Source: Halocafeteria seosinensis (lineage: Eukaryota). From it: a stretch of DNA of 64,000 bases. The notes under the pieces are model-generated. The model was not told the origin of the DNA. It saw only the letters and a list, made by a program, of their open reading frames with translations, and did not search any database. Location of the stretch: contig LVLI01000158.1 of NCBI GenBank assembly GCA_001687465.1, positions 1-64,000 on the forward strand. The letters are read 5' to 3'. Made by a program: the position numbers and the translations under genes. Shown here piece after piece: positions 1-12,131 of this stretch; position 1 is the stretch's first letter; each line of letters begins with the position of its first letter.

Positions 1-44
<44 letters not shown>
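1..44. repeat. (CA)n microsatellite
   Basis: Perfect CA dinucleotide run at the window start. Confidence 0.97.
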
Positions 45-46
<2 letters not shown>

Positions 47-138
47 GCCAGCAGTACTTCCCGTGCATTCGAGGATCCCGCTGTCGGTGAATAGGTAACA
101 GAAACAAAAGGTGCCTGGAAGGCACCACTGCTCACATA

Positions 139-504
139 ATGAATGAATGGAACGCTGGCAACGGCAGGACCACTGTGCATTCGGCGCTGTCGGACACTCT
201 CCGATACATACCTAAAAAGCACATCATCGAAGTTCAGCAGTCAGACTCTCAAAAGTCTACGGAGAGCATGGATGGAACAAAAATGCATATATGCACAGGC
301 ACGGTGAAAACTGTCAAGGTCAATAGCTTCTTGAAAATGTTACAAAGCAGCAGCTATGCATGTCGCACTTCTCAGCCTCACACAAGTAGATCTTCCCGCA
401 AAATTGAGATCACCATGATTCATAAACTAATGAACGAAGGATTTGTTGCAAAGCTCGGTATTCCTATGCAATTGATGGACGCACTTCCTGAGTTGGACGC
501 TTAG
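139..504 (+). CDS. Hypothetical ORF, possibly the terminal exon of a gene starting upstream
   Basis: 121-codon ORF whose stop lies 15 nt from the stop of the convergent minus-strand gene; no recognisable motif. Confidence 0.3.
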   Translation: MNEWNAGNGRTTVHSALSDTLRYIPKKHIIEVQQSDSQKSTESMDGTKMHICTGTVKTVKVNSFLKMLQSSSYACRTSQPHTSRSSRKIEITMIHKLMNEGFVAKLGIPMQLMDALPELDA

Positions 505-518
505 GTAGCGAACGCACT

Positions 519-3500
519 TCATGCCGTCTGGTAAGAGGTTTGCTCCGGCTGCACTTGGGATCGTCGTTTGGCCCTCTCCCGGCTTGGTACGCGATCGTCC
601 TCATGAGTTTTTTCTAAAGCAGCAACAGGAAGCCAGAAGACCTTTGTAACTCTGTCAAACTGTATATTGGCCACTGGTACACCGTCGCTGCAACGGCGGG
701 ATTCCACAACAGTTCCCGTTTGTTCATGAATCTGCCATGTCAAAGTAACCATCAACGTACAGAGGCAAAATTCAGAGAAGCCGTTTCAAAATTGACTTAC
801 CATTCCCCAATGTCGCTCCGTTATTCTTGTATTGGCAAGGTTGTCGTGGAAAATAGATTTGCAGAACATGTCATAACGAACCTTTGCTTCTTGCAAATCC
901 TTTAAGATGCACACCTGTTCCCCTCTATCGAATGTTACCGGTTTCACCTCAAACGTTCCACGGCTTCCGAAAGTGTAGGAGAATGCTTCTGTGGGGCGAA
1001 CATCCCAGCATACTTCCACTAGTCCCATCCAGTCTCTCCCAAGAACTCTCGAAACATAGCCGGTTCCACCCTTTCCTCCGTCGTGATCAGGATATTCCCA
1101 TTCGTCTTCGTTTCTTTCCACTCGTTCTCCTTGCGTTATCCCTAAATGCGTTAGGACACAATTGGTACAGAAATACCGATCCTCGAAGCCTTCGGGAAGC
1201 AAGTCTAGCTGACTCTCGGTTGCCAAGCCCTCATTTCCAAGATGGTGAATATGCCCTCCCACCGTTTGAAAGCATGCGTAGGGATCCTTCGGCGAGATCG
1301 CTCGCTGACAATCTCGATTGCAACACCGCACCTCCTTGGAGGGAGCCACGTGAACAAGTAAATCTTCATGCAGTGATGTCTGCAGCGGGGCTACGTACGG
1401 TACGTAGTATACCCCGGATTCGTCGAACTTTTCAGGCCACTTTTCTTTCCACGGTGCGATTTCCTTCAGATTGTCTCCAAGTTCTAAGATTAGAGAGCCA
1501 ACCATTTTGGAGTTGGCGTCCTTGGAGTAGTCCTGCCTCGGTGGCAATCGGCTGGCTTGGGATTCCAGATTCTGTAACTCCATATACCATCGTTCGCCTT
1601 TAAAAAGGATCCACTCTTCGAAGAATCCTTCCGGAACTATTGAATAGCGTAGCATTCGAAGAGGTGCCAATAAATCAGGTGGGCACGAAACTCCCTCAAG
1701 CATAATTAAAAACTGTCTCCTCCGTTCACCGACAACCGACAATTCTTTCCGTTGAAAACCGACCTGAAATCCAAAATGAGAGGGGACTGATCATAATACG
1801 CTGAATTACCAAGGCATAGAAACGCACCTGGAAATTTTGGGGTGGAATTGCGCTCTCTAGTTCCGCTAAGCTGCGTTTGAGCTTCTCCGTGAACCCTGTC
1901 AACACTGGGATGTCCCACGGAAAGCTGGTCGCATCCACAAAGGACTCAAGGGCATGAACGCACAGGCTTCTATTGCTAGACAATTGAGAAAACGCCTCTC
2001 GTAATGAGGAAGACATGGAATAATCGAAATTGGCAGGAAATGTCGATCCTGCGCGTTTCCAAAGTTTACTAAGTGCACGCTGATCGATACGTGAGATTAT
2101 TTCCAGCAACAGCGAGGAAAATTGCTCTTGACGAGATAACGAAGAAAATAACTCTCGTGGGGCCGCATCTTCCAGTTTTGAATGTGCAAGCTTTTGCCTA
2201 ACAGTTTCAGGGTTAACCTGTCGATGCGATAGTCTTGCAGCTGCATTGTGCCACTGTCTGTGAAACGCCAACCAGTGTATAGGAAGAAATCCCCATTGGA
2301 AAGTGTATACCAAAATATTCATTAGATGAGATAGAGAAGCGTATTCTTGCGTACTAGCCACAAACGTATGCCAATACTTGCGATCTTCCATACGAACAAG
2401 GGCGGCCTTCCCCGAAAGCGCATCTAAGCTCTGAGACGAACGTTGCTTTAAGTATTGACGTACATTGGTACCGTGCCGTCGGTGGACCTGCGGAAGAAGA
2501 TTTCGCTCAAAGCACTTCAATACTGCTTTTGCGATAAATAAATTGCGATCCGGAAGTTGCTGCGGATCAGTGGTGAGAAGCGTTACCACTTGGAACACTT
2601 TGGAATCCGGCCCATCGCCCTGGTTATCCTGAGCATCAAACCGGGACCAGGGATACCACTGAAGGGCACCGTACTCCCATAACACCGCCACAAGATCAAC
2701 CTGTAAATCGTTTCCTTGGGCTTTTTGTAGAGTCTCCGCGTCCCTACCGGCCAGAGATACCTGAGCACGCTCGACGATAATTCCTCTCCCTTTCGTGCCA
2801 CCATCTTCTCCCAGAGTCCTGGCTTTGTACCGCCCGTCCTGAGATCCAGGAGCACCGGCAGCCTTCTGCTCTTCGTACATTAGATTCTGATACTCTTCCC
2901 AATGGCTCCCTGCACAAAAGAATCAGACAATTACACATTGTCGGCAAATGACGAGCCCACGTGCACACAAACTGACCTCGATGAACAAATGATCCAATGC
3001 ATCCGCGAGAAGAAAGCGGTGGAGGACCTTGATGTCGCTTATCGGCCTCCTTTTGTTCTTGTTCTGAGAATGCGTGGTTGCGCGATTCTGCTTCATTTGC
3101 TCCGTTCGTTTCTGATTCAGTTCCCTGTTGTGCACTGGTTGCTGAGTAATGTGGGCTTGGGAGATCCTGAGTTTCGAAGCTACCATATTCGTGTTCAGCG
3201 ATACCGCTGCCGGTGTGAGTCACATTACTTTGCACAACTGTGTTCTGTTCATCTGCAACGGTCGGCGTCGTTGCGGACACATTGTCCGCTGTGTATGCAT
3301 TGCTTTCTTGCTGGCTGACCGCCGTGCCAGTTCCGGCCACGGCAGTTGCTGCTTCCTCAGTGGTCCCCGTGTCCGAGGCAGACACCGTGTGGGACAGTTC
3401 CACATCACGGACACTGCGGGCAGACCCTCCCTTTCGTTCCAAATGTTCAGACGAGTTTGAGGTGGTATGGTTGTCATCACCCCATGAATCCTCGGCTTTG

Positions 3501-3664
3501 TCTTCCAGCACCGGCTCCGGGGTCGTTGAACCATCTCCTTCAACTTCCTTACTTTCTCCTACCGTTTGCTCTCTTGCTTCTTCATCCAATGACTCCTCCG
3601 GGATATCTTCACTCTCTTCCTTGTGAGTCGGAGAACCCGACGTATGGGTATCTGAATCGCTCAT
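519..3664 (-). CDS. Mind bomb-like protein: Mib_herc2 x2, ZZ-like Zn finger, MIB SH3-like (REP) domain; 4 exons
   Basis: GT-AG introns 2976-2910, 1827-1764 and 800-732 join four ORFs in frame. Motifs: IGSFVHRGSHWEE...DGGTKGRGIIVE; GERVERNEDEWEYPDHDGGKGGTGYV...VEVCWD...YTFGSRGTFEV; CCNRDC...C...CTNC; FDRGEQVCILKDLQEAK...QTGTVVE...FWLPVAAL. Confidence 0.72.
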
Positions 3665-5474
3665 GGTGGCCCCTGCTAGACGTCAAATTAGCAAGTTGCG
3701 ACCGAACACGGACAAAAAGACCAAAATGCAATATTTACCGCACACTTGATTCACTCAATACGACGCATACACCGTAAGCATAAGTTGATAATGACTACGA
3801 CGTCAACATGGGTTAACAAACCCGAAGAAAATACTACAAACTATGGCAGCAGAGTGAGCGACGGTTATCGGTCGCAGGTCGCTCGATCCCCAGGGCCTCG
3901 GTGCACGACTCGGTACGGGTCGGGAAGTTCCAGCTGGCAGTTTTGCTTCAAACCATCAACTGAGTACTGGGTACGATTGGTTTACAGATGGAGTACCACC
4001 TGCTAGTTCAATGAAAAGACTCGCTTTCCAGTGTCTGGTTCCCATACTTCGTATGTTGGATCTCCCGATACACTGATAGCCTCAGTCGGCACACAACACA
4101 CCATACGTACATGTAGCCCATCGGCCAGGAAGTTGACCGTATGCGCCCGTGTTAAGCAGCGGCGGTCCCGCTGTTCCTGCAACCTCGCTGACATGCGTCG
4201 TGAGGGAAACGCAACACTGGTTTTGCTCAGGAGCATCGAGGATGGCGCTATACCTGCGACAACGATGTCAGGATTACAGTACGGACGAGACTCAGAGCTG
4301 CTCAGTCTGGCCCTGTTCCTGCCACGGTGACGCCAGGACCGGTTGTAGTAGCGCTGTTAGGGTTAAGCGTTGGCCCAAACGAAGCAGTTGTAGCTATTAA
4401 CGTGCCGCCACCTAGGAATTCCGTCTAGCTCAGTTTTGTCAACATAGCCCAGATTGTAGTGTACATCTCCTGCTCGAGGTCACTCGGCACACGTCTAACA
4501 CAACTGGTCTGCTTCGCCGAAAACTATTAACATAAAATGTAGAAGTGCAATCACATGTAATGCTTAAGTATGAACTATCTGTTCACCATTGGCATGGAAA
4601 TCCATGTCTATGTTAGTGGCCACCATGCCAGGCATACCTAACCATATCACTACCAACACGAAGAAAGGGCACGCCCTAACAACGTCACGGAATCGAGTAC
4701 ATCAGTTAGTGCCGCAGCTTTCGTTCGATAACTCAAAGTGCGACGTATCGGGTAGGGATTTGCATTCACAGTTGAACACGAGCGCTCTCCCTCCCAAATT
4801 ATGTTGAAAGACATTCCTGATCAGTTACCCCTTTTATGCCTGAAGACGTTGATCCGGTCTTTTCAGTCTGCCAGCCGTTACACAGCGAAAGAGTTCGGTG
4901 GGTTGTTCTATATACAACGTCAAAGGAGTGCGGATAATGCAGTATCAATTGTCAAGAAAACTCCCACTCCCAGCTCCAAACTGGTTTGTATGAGCTAGCT
5001 GACATTAGCTTGCTTGCCAGCCCTTGCCCACACTTTCTTGAGCGCTGCGAAAGTTTTCCGAGCAAAAGAATCCGTACTTCCGTTTCTGAAAGGAGTTTCC
5101 GAACTGCGACTGGTCCTTCTTGCACACTCGACAAGTTGTTTCTACCAGACAGACACTTCTGAGTACTGTATGGCGTAGTAGCGCTTGATGATAAACGTCT
5201 GGGGCTGAACGAGATCTTAAACGAGGAAAAACGTTTACCCACTTTGTTGGGTGAAGAACTTGGTCGTATGAGTGATATTTTAGAGGTATCCATTTTTGCC
5301 GATAGGACATTGATTTAGAGGAGGATGCGTCAAAATCCGTCAACAGTGCGCGTACTTCGTCTAGATGTTGATGTTTCAATCCATCTTGTATATTGATATC
5401 ATTGTGTGTGATTCCTAAACACTCTCATCAGTTCAGTGAATTGCTTCCTTGTTAGGTCTGATTTTATATTAGTT

Positions 5475-6230
5475 TCAGATTCTACTGTCGCTGTATCCCG
5501 TCCATTTGACTCTCAGGAAGCGCTGTCTCCCTCGTTTGAATCCGTCTAGTATTATATCCACTTTGAGTTTTATACCAACAAGCACTATGTTCTCTGCTCC
5601 TATTGTTTTCTGTAGCAGGCTTCTTCCGTAAAAGTCGACCTGGTAGACAGTGCCAAGCCCACTCACAGGAGACAGTATAGCCGGCACAGCGGAAAGACGC
5701 CTCATCATAGCAGCAGAATCTGAGAAGATGAAGCGGACAAAATAGGGACATCTGAGGGACCACCACACGGAAATTATCCCGTTCGCGATAGAGGCGAAGG
5801 GAGGTTTCGTGGAAGACGCGATCACGTTCCTCAAGGCTCCCACTGGGGAACAACGGAGATGCGGAACTTTCGCAAGCTGGTGACGGGTCACTGACGGCCA
5901 AACTGTCTGCCACGTTGATGCGCTACAACGTCAAGATGTTGGAACAGTTCCTGGTAGAGGTAAGCCCGCACACGGCCTAGCGTTGCCTGTAGCTTACAGG
6001 TCTGCAATACTTATACACACTGTGTATTACACGTATTGACAAAGTAGCCATAACTCACTCAGGGAGCCTCTCCGGCGATTGGGGCGCCTTTGGATCAAAT
6101 TTCGGAATGGTTTAGCACCTATCGCCATCTCAAGCTGTGAAAGCTGTTGTTACTCATCTTTACTGGACAATTTGTGCAAAGGGTGGTTATTACCATGTTC
6201 GTTTATTCATCTAGGGCTACAGAACGGTGT
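5475..6230 (-). mobile_element. Decayed Ty3/Gypsy (chromovirus-like) pol fragment
   Basis: Ordered, frameshifted remnants: EHGNNHPL...SQLEMAIGAKPFRNLI and NVADSLA (RNase H-like), LYRE..RVVVP (pre-integrase), VDIILDGFKRGRQRFLRVKWTGYSDS (chromodomain-like). Confidence 0.5.
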
Positions 6231-7011
6231 AGCTCAGGCGTTAAAGGAGTTAGGATCCTAGGTTTAGCGTTGGGAGACCGAATTGTGACTACTGTAACTA
6301 TCTGCACTGAGTGTGGTCCCTCTGGTTGGACTCCTGTTGCTTCTCCGCAGAACAGCGTCAGTAACTGCGTTCCGTCCTGCGTACTCATCAACAGCATTGG
6401 TTGAGACCCCAAACAAAGTAGCCCATCAATCTGTTTGGTGTGGGCTCCATTTTGTTCCAAAATTCGCGTTTTACCCGAATATTTCGCCCGAGAGGACTAC
6501 ATGTATTCGTGAGTCGGGGGGAAGGAGTGGTTTTTTCCCCGCCTGTCGTTTCGTGTCTCCCCACCTCCCTCCGCCGAACGCAGAACACGCGAGCCAGCCG
6601 GGCCTCCCTTCTAGACAAGAAGTTCTAGTGAATGATCCAGCTCCCAGTGTTGTCATTGAGGCAGTTGTAGGTACTGCTGCTTCTCCATCCTATCATGGTA
6701 GTCTCAATCAATATAAGATAGAGCTAGCGCTTTACAGGAGGCTCTTGCTGGTGGTCCGACCCGGAGGGCTGAAATTGGGATTCCTTTCGCTGTATACAGG
6801 CCGAAAAGTACATGCGACGGCCTTTTGTGGACCCGTGGAGGCAAGCGCAGATTTTGGAGTAGTCAGATCCCTCACTATGCACACTCTGGCGCAGCTGTGG
6901 GTGTAAAGAAAAGAGTGTTTGCGCTGGCTCGTTCGCTCGCTCGCTTTGGAGGCCCATTCATTACCTACACAGTCACCCTACTCGTGATTCTCGGTCATTT
7001 AGCTTGCAATC

Positions 7012-8052
7012 ATGTCGGATGGCATGGTGGATAGCACGGGTGATGGATCCTCGTCGACAGTAGGTGTTGTCGTCAAAACCCCGGGAAGCAGCAGTTCCCC
7101 GAGCCACCGTGAGACCATGCTACAGGTCGATAATAGTGCTGCTGCCGTTGCCTGGGGAGACGGCAATGGGAGTGAAAAGACGCTTCAATCCCCGCAACGG
7201 AGGAAAGCCAATTCACCTGGAGGCAGCAGTAGCACGAAAGGGAAACAGAAATACAGTCCTCGTGGAGAGGGACAGCAGCAACCGCTATGGAACGCCCAGG
7301 ACGAAAATGGAGATATTGGGCTCTATGAAAGCGATATTGTGGAGACGACTGCGGCGAAGAATGCTAGTCCGACAACATCTTCTAACAAGGGAAGCAAAAA
7401 TCTCAGCTCCCCACAGAAAACGCCGCCGTCTCCCAAGAAGTCTTCTAGCAATAGCAGCAGCCGTGATGTGGGACCTTCTGGAAATGATGGCTCGTTTTCA
7501 TCAAATCCTGTCGAAGCTCAAACATCAAAGAAAAAGAAGAAGAAATCTACAGCAGTTGCCCCTGTGGAGGAAGGAATTCCTGAAGCATCTCAGGAGTCGC
7601 CGCGCAACCAAGAGGTCTCGACTGTGTCCAGCTCGGAACGGACGCTCAACACAAACGGAAACGGGAAATCCCCCGAGGCCGAAACAGAAAGTTTTCAGCC
7701 AAATCCACCGACACAATCTGTTAGGAGATACGAGGTTATTGATGAAGGGGGAAGAGGACACTACTTCTCTGAGGAGGACATACGACAAATGCAGTTGATA
7801 GTCGATGATAGTACGGGTCGCAATTTTTTGTATCATGATGACTTTGGATACTTAGCAGTTCGGGACACAAATTTAACGGTCGTGGAATATGTAGAGGAAC
7901 CCCTTAATCAGAGAGCGACAAAAATTTCGTGGAGTGACCAACATGGATATCCTCTTGAGGAAGTCTACTACTCGGAAAACTTGCATTACTCTGACCCGTT
8001 GAGTTTCGATCCTTTGCCTCCACGTACGGAGACATGTTGCACAATTATGTGA
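7012..8052 (+). CDS. Ser/Lys-rich disordered protein with a C-terminal CaaX box and a putative PP1-docking motif
   Basis: 346-aa intronless ORF ending CCTIM*; contains KISWSDQHGYPLEEVYY. Confidence 0.75.
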   Translation: MSDGMVDSTGDGSSSTVGVVVKTPGSSSSPSHRETMLQVDNSAAAVAWGDGNGSEKTLQSPQRRKANSPGGSSSTKGKQKYSPRGEGQQQPLWNAQDENGDIGLYESDIVETTAAKNASPTTSSNKGSKNLSSPQKTPPSPKKSSSNSSSRDVGPSGNDGSFSSNPVEAQTSKKKKKKSTAVAPVEEGIPEASQESPRNQEVSTVSSSERTLNTNGNGKSPEAETESFQPNPPTQSVRRYEVIDEGGRGHYFSEEDIRQMQLIVDDSTGRNFLYHDDFGYLAVRDTNLTVVEYVEEPLNQRATKISWSDQHGYPLEEVYYSENLHYSDPLSFDPLPPRTETCCTIM

Positions 8053-8201
8053 GAGGCAAAAAGACGAAGAAAGCATTTATGCTGACAAACGAGTTCGGGT
8101 GCCTGAGTTCGGGTACATCGGAAAGGCACCGAAGAGAAGTCACTGTGGGATTGGCTGAAACGCCACATACCATCACTTGATCATGTATGTGCGTTTTCTA
8201 T

Positions 8202-9305
8202 TCACAGAAATTGTGCTTCTTCTTCTTCATCAAAGAGCTCAGCTTCCATCTGAAGGTTTGCCTCGATGTCGGACTCATTGACGTCATTCTCGGCATTTCG
8301 CTGATTCTCTTCCAATTCTCGAAGCAGCTCTTCCTCGGGAGCTTCTCGGTTCGGCTGGGATTGTTGTTCTGGCTGAGTGGATCCAGCAGACTCTTGGTGT
8401 CGTCTTTGTTTCAGACGTTCCGCGGCAGCTTCCTTATTCTTTCGGATGCGCTCTTGTTTACTCAAAGTCCTATCATCTCCTTGAGTTGCTGCTCCAGATG
8501 CCGCCACATTGGAATCTTCGGTATGACTGGTTTCCTGCTGATTGGAATTTTCTGCATGACCTGATGGTGGATTTTCATTGCCACCTTCCTCCTCTTCATG
8601 ATTTGGAGGAGGATTTCCATTGGTATTGGCATGTTGGTTGTCGTCGTAGAGGCGATTATCTTCTTTTTCTTCTTCCTCCTGGCGCCAGCGGTTCATTTCA
8701 TTCTGTATCGTGATGTCAACGCATGGATAAAACGATGGAGATACAAGCACACACACCCATACATACAGCACATTATAACACGTGTGAGTATGCATATTGT
8801 GTTTGCTTACCTTGACTTGGGTCTTACTTCCTAGTCGTGTAACTTGGTCAATGACATCTTCATAATGAACTCCGGAAAACAATTGGTGCGTCCATAGTTT
8901 ATAGCCATTCATCACCGTACGAAGATCTTCCAACTCGGTCCCATGCTTGGCTTTGACCTTCTTGGCAACGGAGGGACCGATTTCACGCACCAGATTTTTT
9001 ATTCCAACGCCCGAGACGACGTCGTTTTCAGTCAATCGGCGTCGTTTGGTACTCTGTCGTTTCGTTTTCCCTTGCGTCTGAGCCTGCGCGGGACGCCATT
9101 CACTGGCATTGTTACTGGACGGTCCTGTCGAAGTGGAACCGTGGTCTTGCTGGCCTTGCTGCTGCTGTGTCTGTGTGTTTGTGGCAGTCGCATGGGTGGG
9201 AGATGTGGGATTCGCGCTCCCATCCGGACTCTGAAAATTACGCTGCTGCTGCTGCTGTTGTTGAGAGCCACTCGTCGCTCTCCGTATCGCATCCGCCGTC
9301 GACAT
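8202..9305 (-). CDS. TIPIN: Replication fork protection protein TIPIN/Csm3/Swi3
   Basis: Swi3 domain (RLTENDVVSGVGIKNL...ELEDLRTVMNGYKLWTHQLF...YEDVIDQVTRLGSK); RIRKNKEAAAERL tail; 108-nt in-frame intron 8810-8703. Confidence 0.85.
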   Translation of the reverse strand: MSTADAIRRATSGSQQQQQQQRNFQSPDGSANPTSPTHATATNTQTQQQQGQQDHGSTSTGPSSNNASEWRPAQAQTQGKTKRQSTKRRRLTENDVVSGVGIKNLVREIGPSVAKKVKAKHGTELEDLRTVMNGYKLWTHQLFSGVHYEDVIDQVTRLGSKTQVKVSKHNMHTHTCYNVLYVWVCVLVSPSFYPCVDITIQNEMNRWRQEEEEKEDNRLYDDNQHANTNGNPPPNHEEEEGGNENPPSGHAENSNQQETSHTEDSNVAASGAATQGDDRTLSKQERIRKNKEAAAERLKQRRHQESAGSTQPEQQSQPNREAPEEELLRELEENQRNAENDVNESDIEANLQMEAELFDEEEEAQFL

Positions 9306-9629
9306 TCTGTAGAGTATGAGTGCCAAAGTTTATTTTATTTCACTCTATACACCCTCCTTTCTTTTCTCTTCCACTCATTTCATTGATTTCATTCAAACAT
9401 GAAATTTGAATTCCACTCAAATCGACGGAAAGATTATACTGTTTTCAACACGACAATCTTTTCTGAGATTCTGCAACTTCAACGTGCCAAGTGCCAAGTG
9501 GCGCACACACACGCATGCTATAACACACAGTGCTTTTTTTTTTTTTTTTTTTGGGAGAGAAGCGGTGTGCAACACGTCTTGTTCCGTTTTGGGTGGCTAC
9601 CGTGTGCGTTGTTCCACCAGTCAGGCACT

Positions 9630-11788
9630 ATGCTGAATAGCACCCGGTTTCTGTTCGCGCGAAGGAGTAGTAGTTGTGTCGGTCTTGCCTCGTCTTATCT
9701 CGTCGCCCCCTCCCGGTCTCTCTTGAGAGCTTGCCAGACGCCCAATTGTTCGACATTAGGTTATATTCGCTCTATAACCATGTCAGTACCCCACCACAAG
9801 GATACCAATGGAGCTCCACCCTCCTCGTCGGAGATCAAACAGGCGGATGTGGTCACCATGTACGTGAATAACCCAGAAATAGTCCAAAAGGTTGCGCGTA
9901 TTATGTGCATATTGTTCCATTTAGTGCACATATACAACACACACACACGCGCGCGCGTATAAGCATAAGCATGTGTGTATGTGCATGTAGTTGTTTGGTC
10001 AACTGATGTTTGGAACTGAATGAGTGCAGAGATTACCAGGAATTGGATAATCCTGAGTCCGACTTGACCGATCGTGTACGACAGGCTTTCGGGTAAGCTG
10101 TCTTAAACGACCCGCTGTTCATTCATGCATGATCATCGAAGTCTCCTACTGGTGCTGCCGCGGGTGGCGGCATCGACCAATGAAAGACATGGATCAACTT
10201 CAACATGTGGCGGTTGGTGCGGTGCAGATATGATGGACTCGGAATCCTGGCTGTGACCAATGTGCCACAGTATCAGGACAAGAGGTCAAGGCTTTTGCCT
10301 CTTGCGAGAAAGTATGTCGGCAGATCGAGAGAGTCCTGAAAACACTTAGACGGGAATTGTGGTCTTATTTTATTCTGGTATGCTACCTGTCAGATTCGCA
10401 AATTTACCGGAAGATGCCAAGAAGAAGTACGAGCATCCTGATAGCTTCTACAGTTTTGGATGGAGTCACGGAAAAGAACAGTTTGAAGGTATGGAATGAT
10501 AGCGTATAAATCAACGGAATAGTGAACTACGGGGTATATGGTACAGGAAAACCGGACTACAGTAAAGGGAGCTACTACGCTAATCCCTTGTATGACAGAC
10601 CTGTTGAGGATGAAAAGCTGATCCACGAACGTGAGTACCATTGCTCTGGAGAGGGTGCATCGACATCCACCATATGATTTGCTGATTGTGTCGGGTCTGC
10701 AGACCCCCCTTTCTACCATCCGAACATCTGGCCTAAGGATGACGTCCCAGATCTGGAACATGCTTTCAAAGACCTCGGCGCGCTAGTCGTCGATGTGGGT
10801 ATTCGACTGGCAAAGCATTGTGACCAGTAAGTTAGCTCGCGAACTGACAGTGTTTCCGTCTACGCACGGTTTAAACTTCTGACCATTTGTGGTGTACAGA
10901 GTTGTGCGCCAGGAACTACCAAGGTATCCAATAGAGTACTTGACAAACATAATTCGAAAATCGCGAACCCCGAAAGTACGGTTTTTGTTTCCCGGAAGAT
11001 TGAGGCTCTACTACAAGTAAACTTCGTGATTTGGTGTGTGGTCACAGGGTCGCCTCTTGTACTACTTTCCCAAGGAGAGTTCGGAAAAAGACGAGAAAAC
11101 AACAGAATATAGCTCCTGGTGTGGATGGCACAATGACCATGGCTCCTTGACCGGTATGCTTACTAGGCATGACTGGCTTTCCATATATACATATATACCA
11201 GAGTTACACTAGCGATATGGATAAATTACAGGTCTAGTCAATGCAATGTTTTTTGATTCGGAGGGGAACGAAATAGCGTCACCAGATCCGTCAGCTGGAT
11301 TGTATATCAAGAGGTAAGCGTTCCGTCACCTAGGATTTTCGTGGAGAGAAGTTGAGAGGTCTTCCATTATCGGTCAAATGCAGCCGCTCTGGAGATGTCT
11401 ATCATGTCAAACTACCAAAGAACGCCATGGGTTTCCAAATTGGGGAATCCGCTCAAATACACTCTGGTGGTGTCTTGCAAGCAACACCTCATAGTGTACG
11501 AGCCGCAGATGTAGAAGGGTGTAGTCGTGCAACGCTAGCTGTATTCATGGAACCTGAGCACGGTGAGAGGATGCTCGTTCCCGAAGGTACGTCCTTGACA
11601 TAACCGTAGGTTATAATCTGGGGCCATTATTTACATGCTGGATTGGCGCAGGTGCGGACACCTCGCGAGTGTTGACTGGAGCGCGCGGAGAACTTCTGCC
11701 TCCAGGCGTTCCATCCTTGCAATCGAGGTGGAGTAACGATCAGGATTTCGGAGAATTCACCGAAAAGACATTGAAGAGTTATTACTAA
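9630..11788 (+). CDS. 2OG-Fe(II)-dependent oxygenase (clavaminate synthase-like), multi-exon, with a possible mitochondrial presequence
   Basis: Spliced motifs DGLGILAV, FGWSHGKE, KGSYYANP, RLLYYFP, WCGWHNDHGSLTG (HxD), LQATPHSVR, SRATLAVFMEP; Arg/Ser-rich N-terminus. Confidence 0.88.
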
Positions 11789-12131
11789 CCTCGTGAAAAT
11801 ATACTTCAAAATAAGGTTTCCGATTCACGCCTATTTTGATATAATGCTGTCTCTAGGTAGAACCTGCTGTAACGTCGGGGTGTCCATCAAACAGGTCAGG
11901 CTGACGTTGATGGACATGTTCCGTCGCGATTCCAGGGTAAGGTGAGGTCATACTTTGATGCAACTGAAAAGGAATGTTTTAACAGACTGCAGAATTTTAG
12001 CGTTTAGATAACAAACTGATTTCGGAAGGATTATCATAGCACTGAAGAGTGTCGTCTAAAGAAGTCAAACGCAATTTGTGTTGACATCCACAGCTCGCAC
12101 TCTAGCGACCAACTGCTCACAACTCCCGAAA

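Noticed and set aside
884..1603. 239-aa plus-strand ORF and many similar antisense ORFs in the track
   Set aside because: These are shadow frames of well-supported genes on the opposite strand, with no motifs.
1726..1830. Apparent frameshifts between overlapping ORFs (also at ~2900, ~16300 and ~36500)
   Set aside because: Explained by canonical GT-AG introns; no programmed frameshifting is needed.
4003..5379. Short ORFs, including a Cys-containing one at 5005-5379
   Set aside because: No recognisable domain or splice model; may be element debris.
6313..6906. 197-aa ORF upstream of the CaaX gene
   Set aside because: Non-ATG start, no motif, overlaps the probable promoter region.
8703..8810. 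Hydrophobic insert in TIPIN suggesting a TM segment
   Set aside because: It is a stop-free 108-nt GTAAGC...CAG intron.
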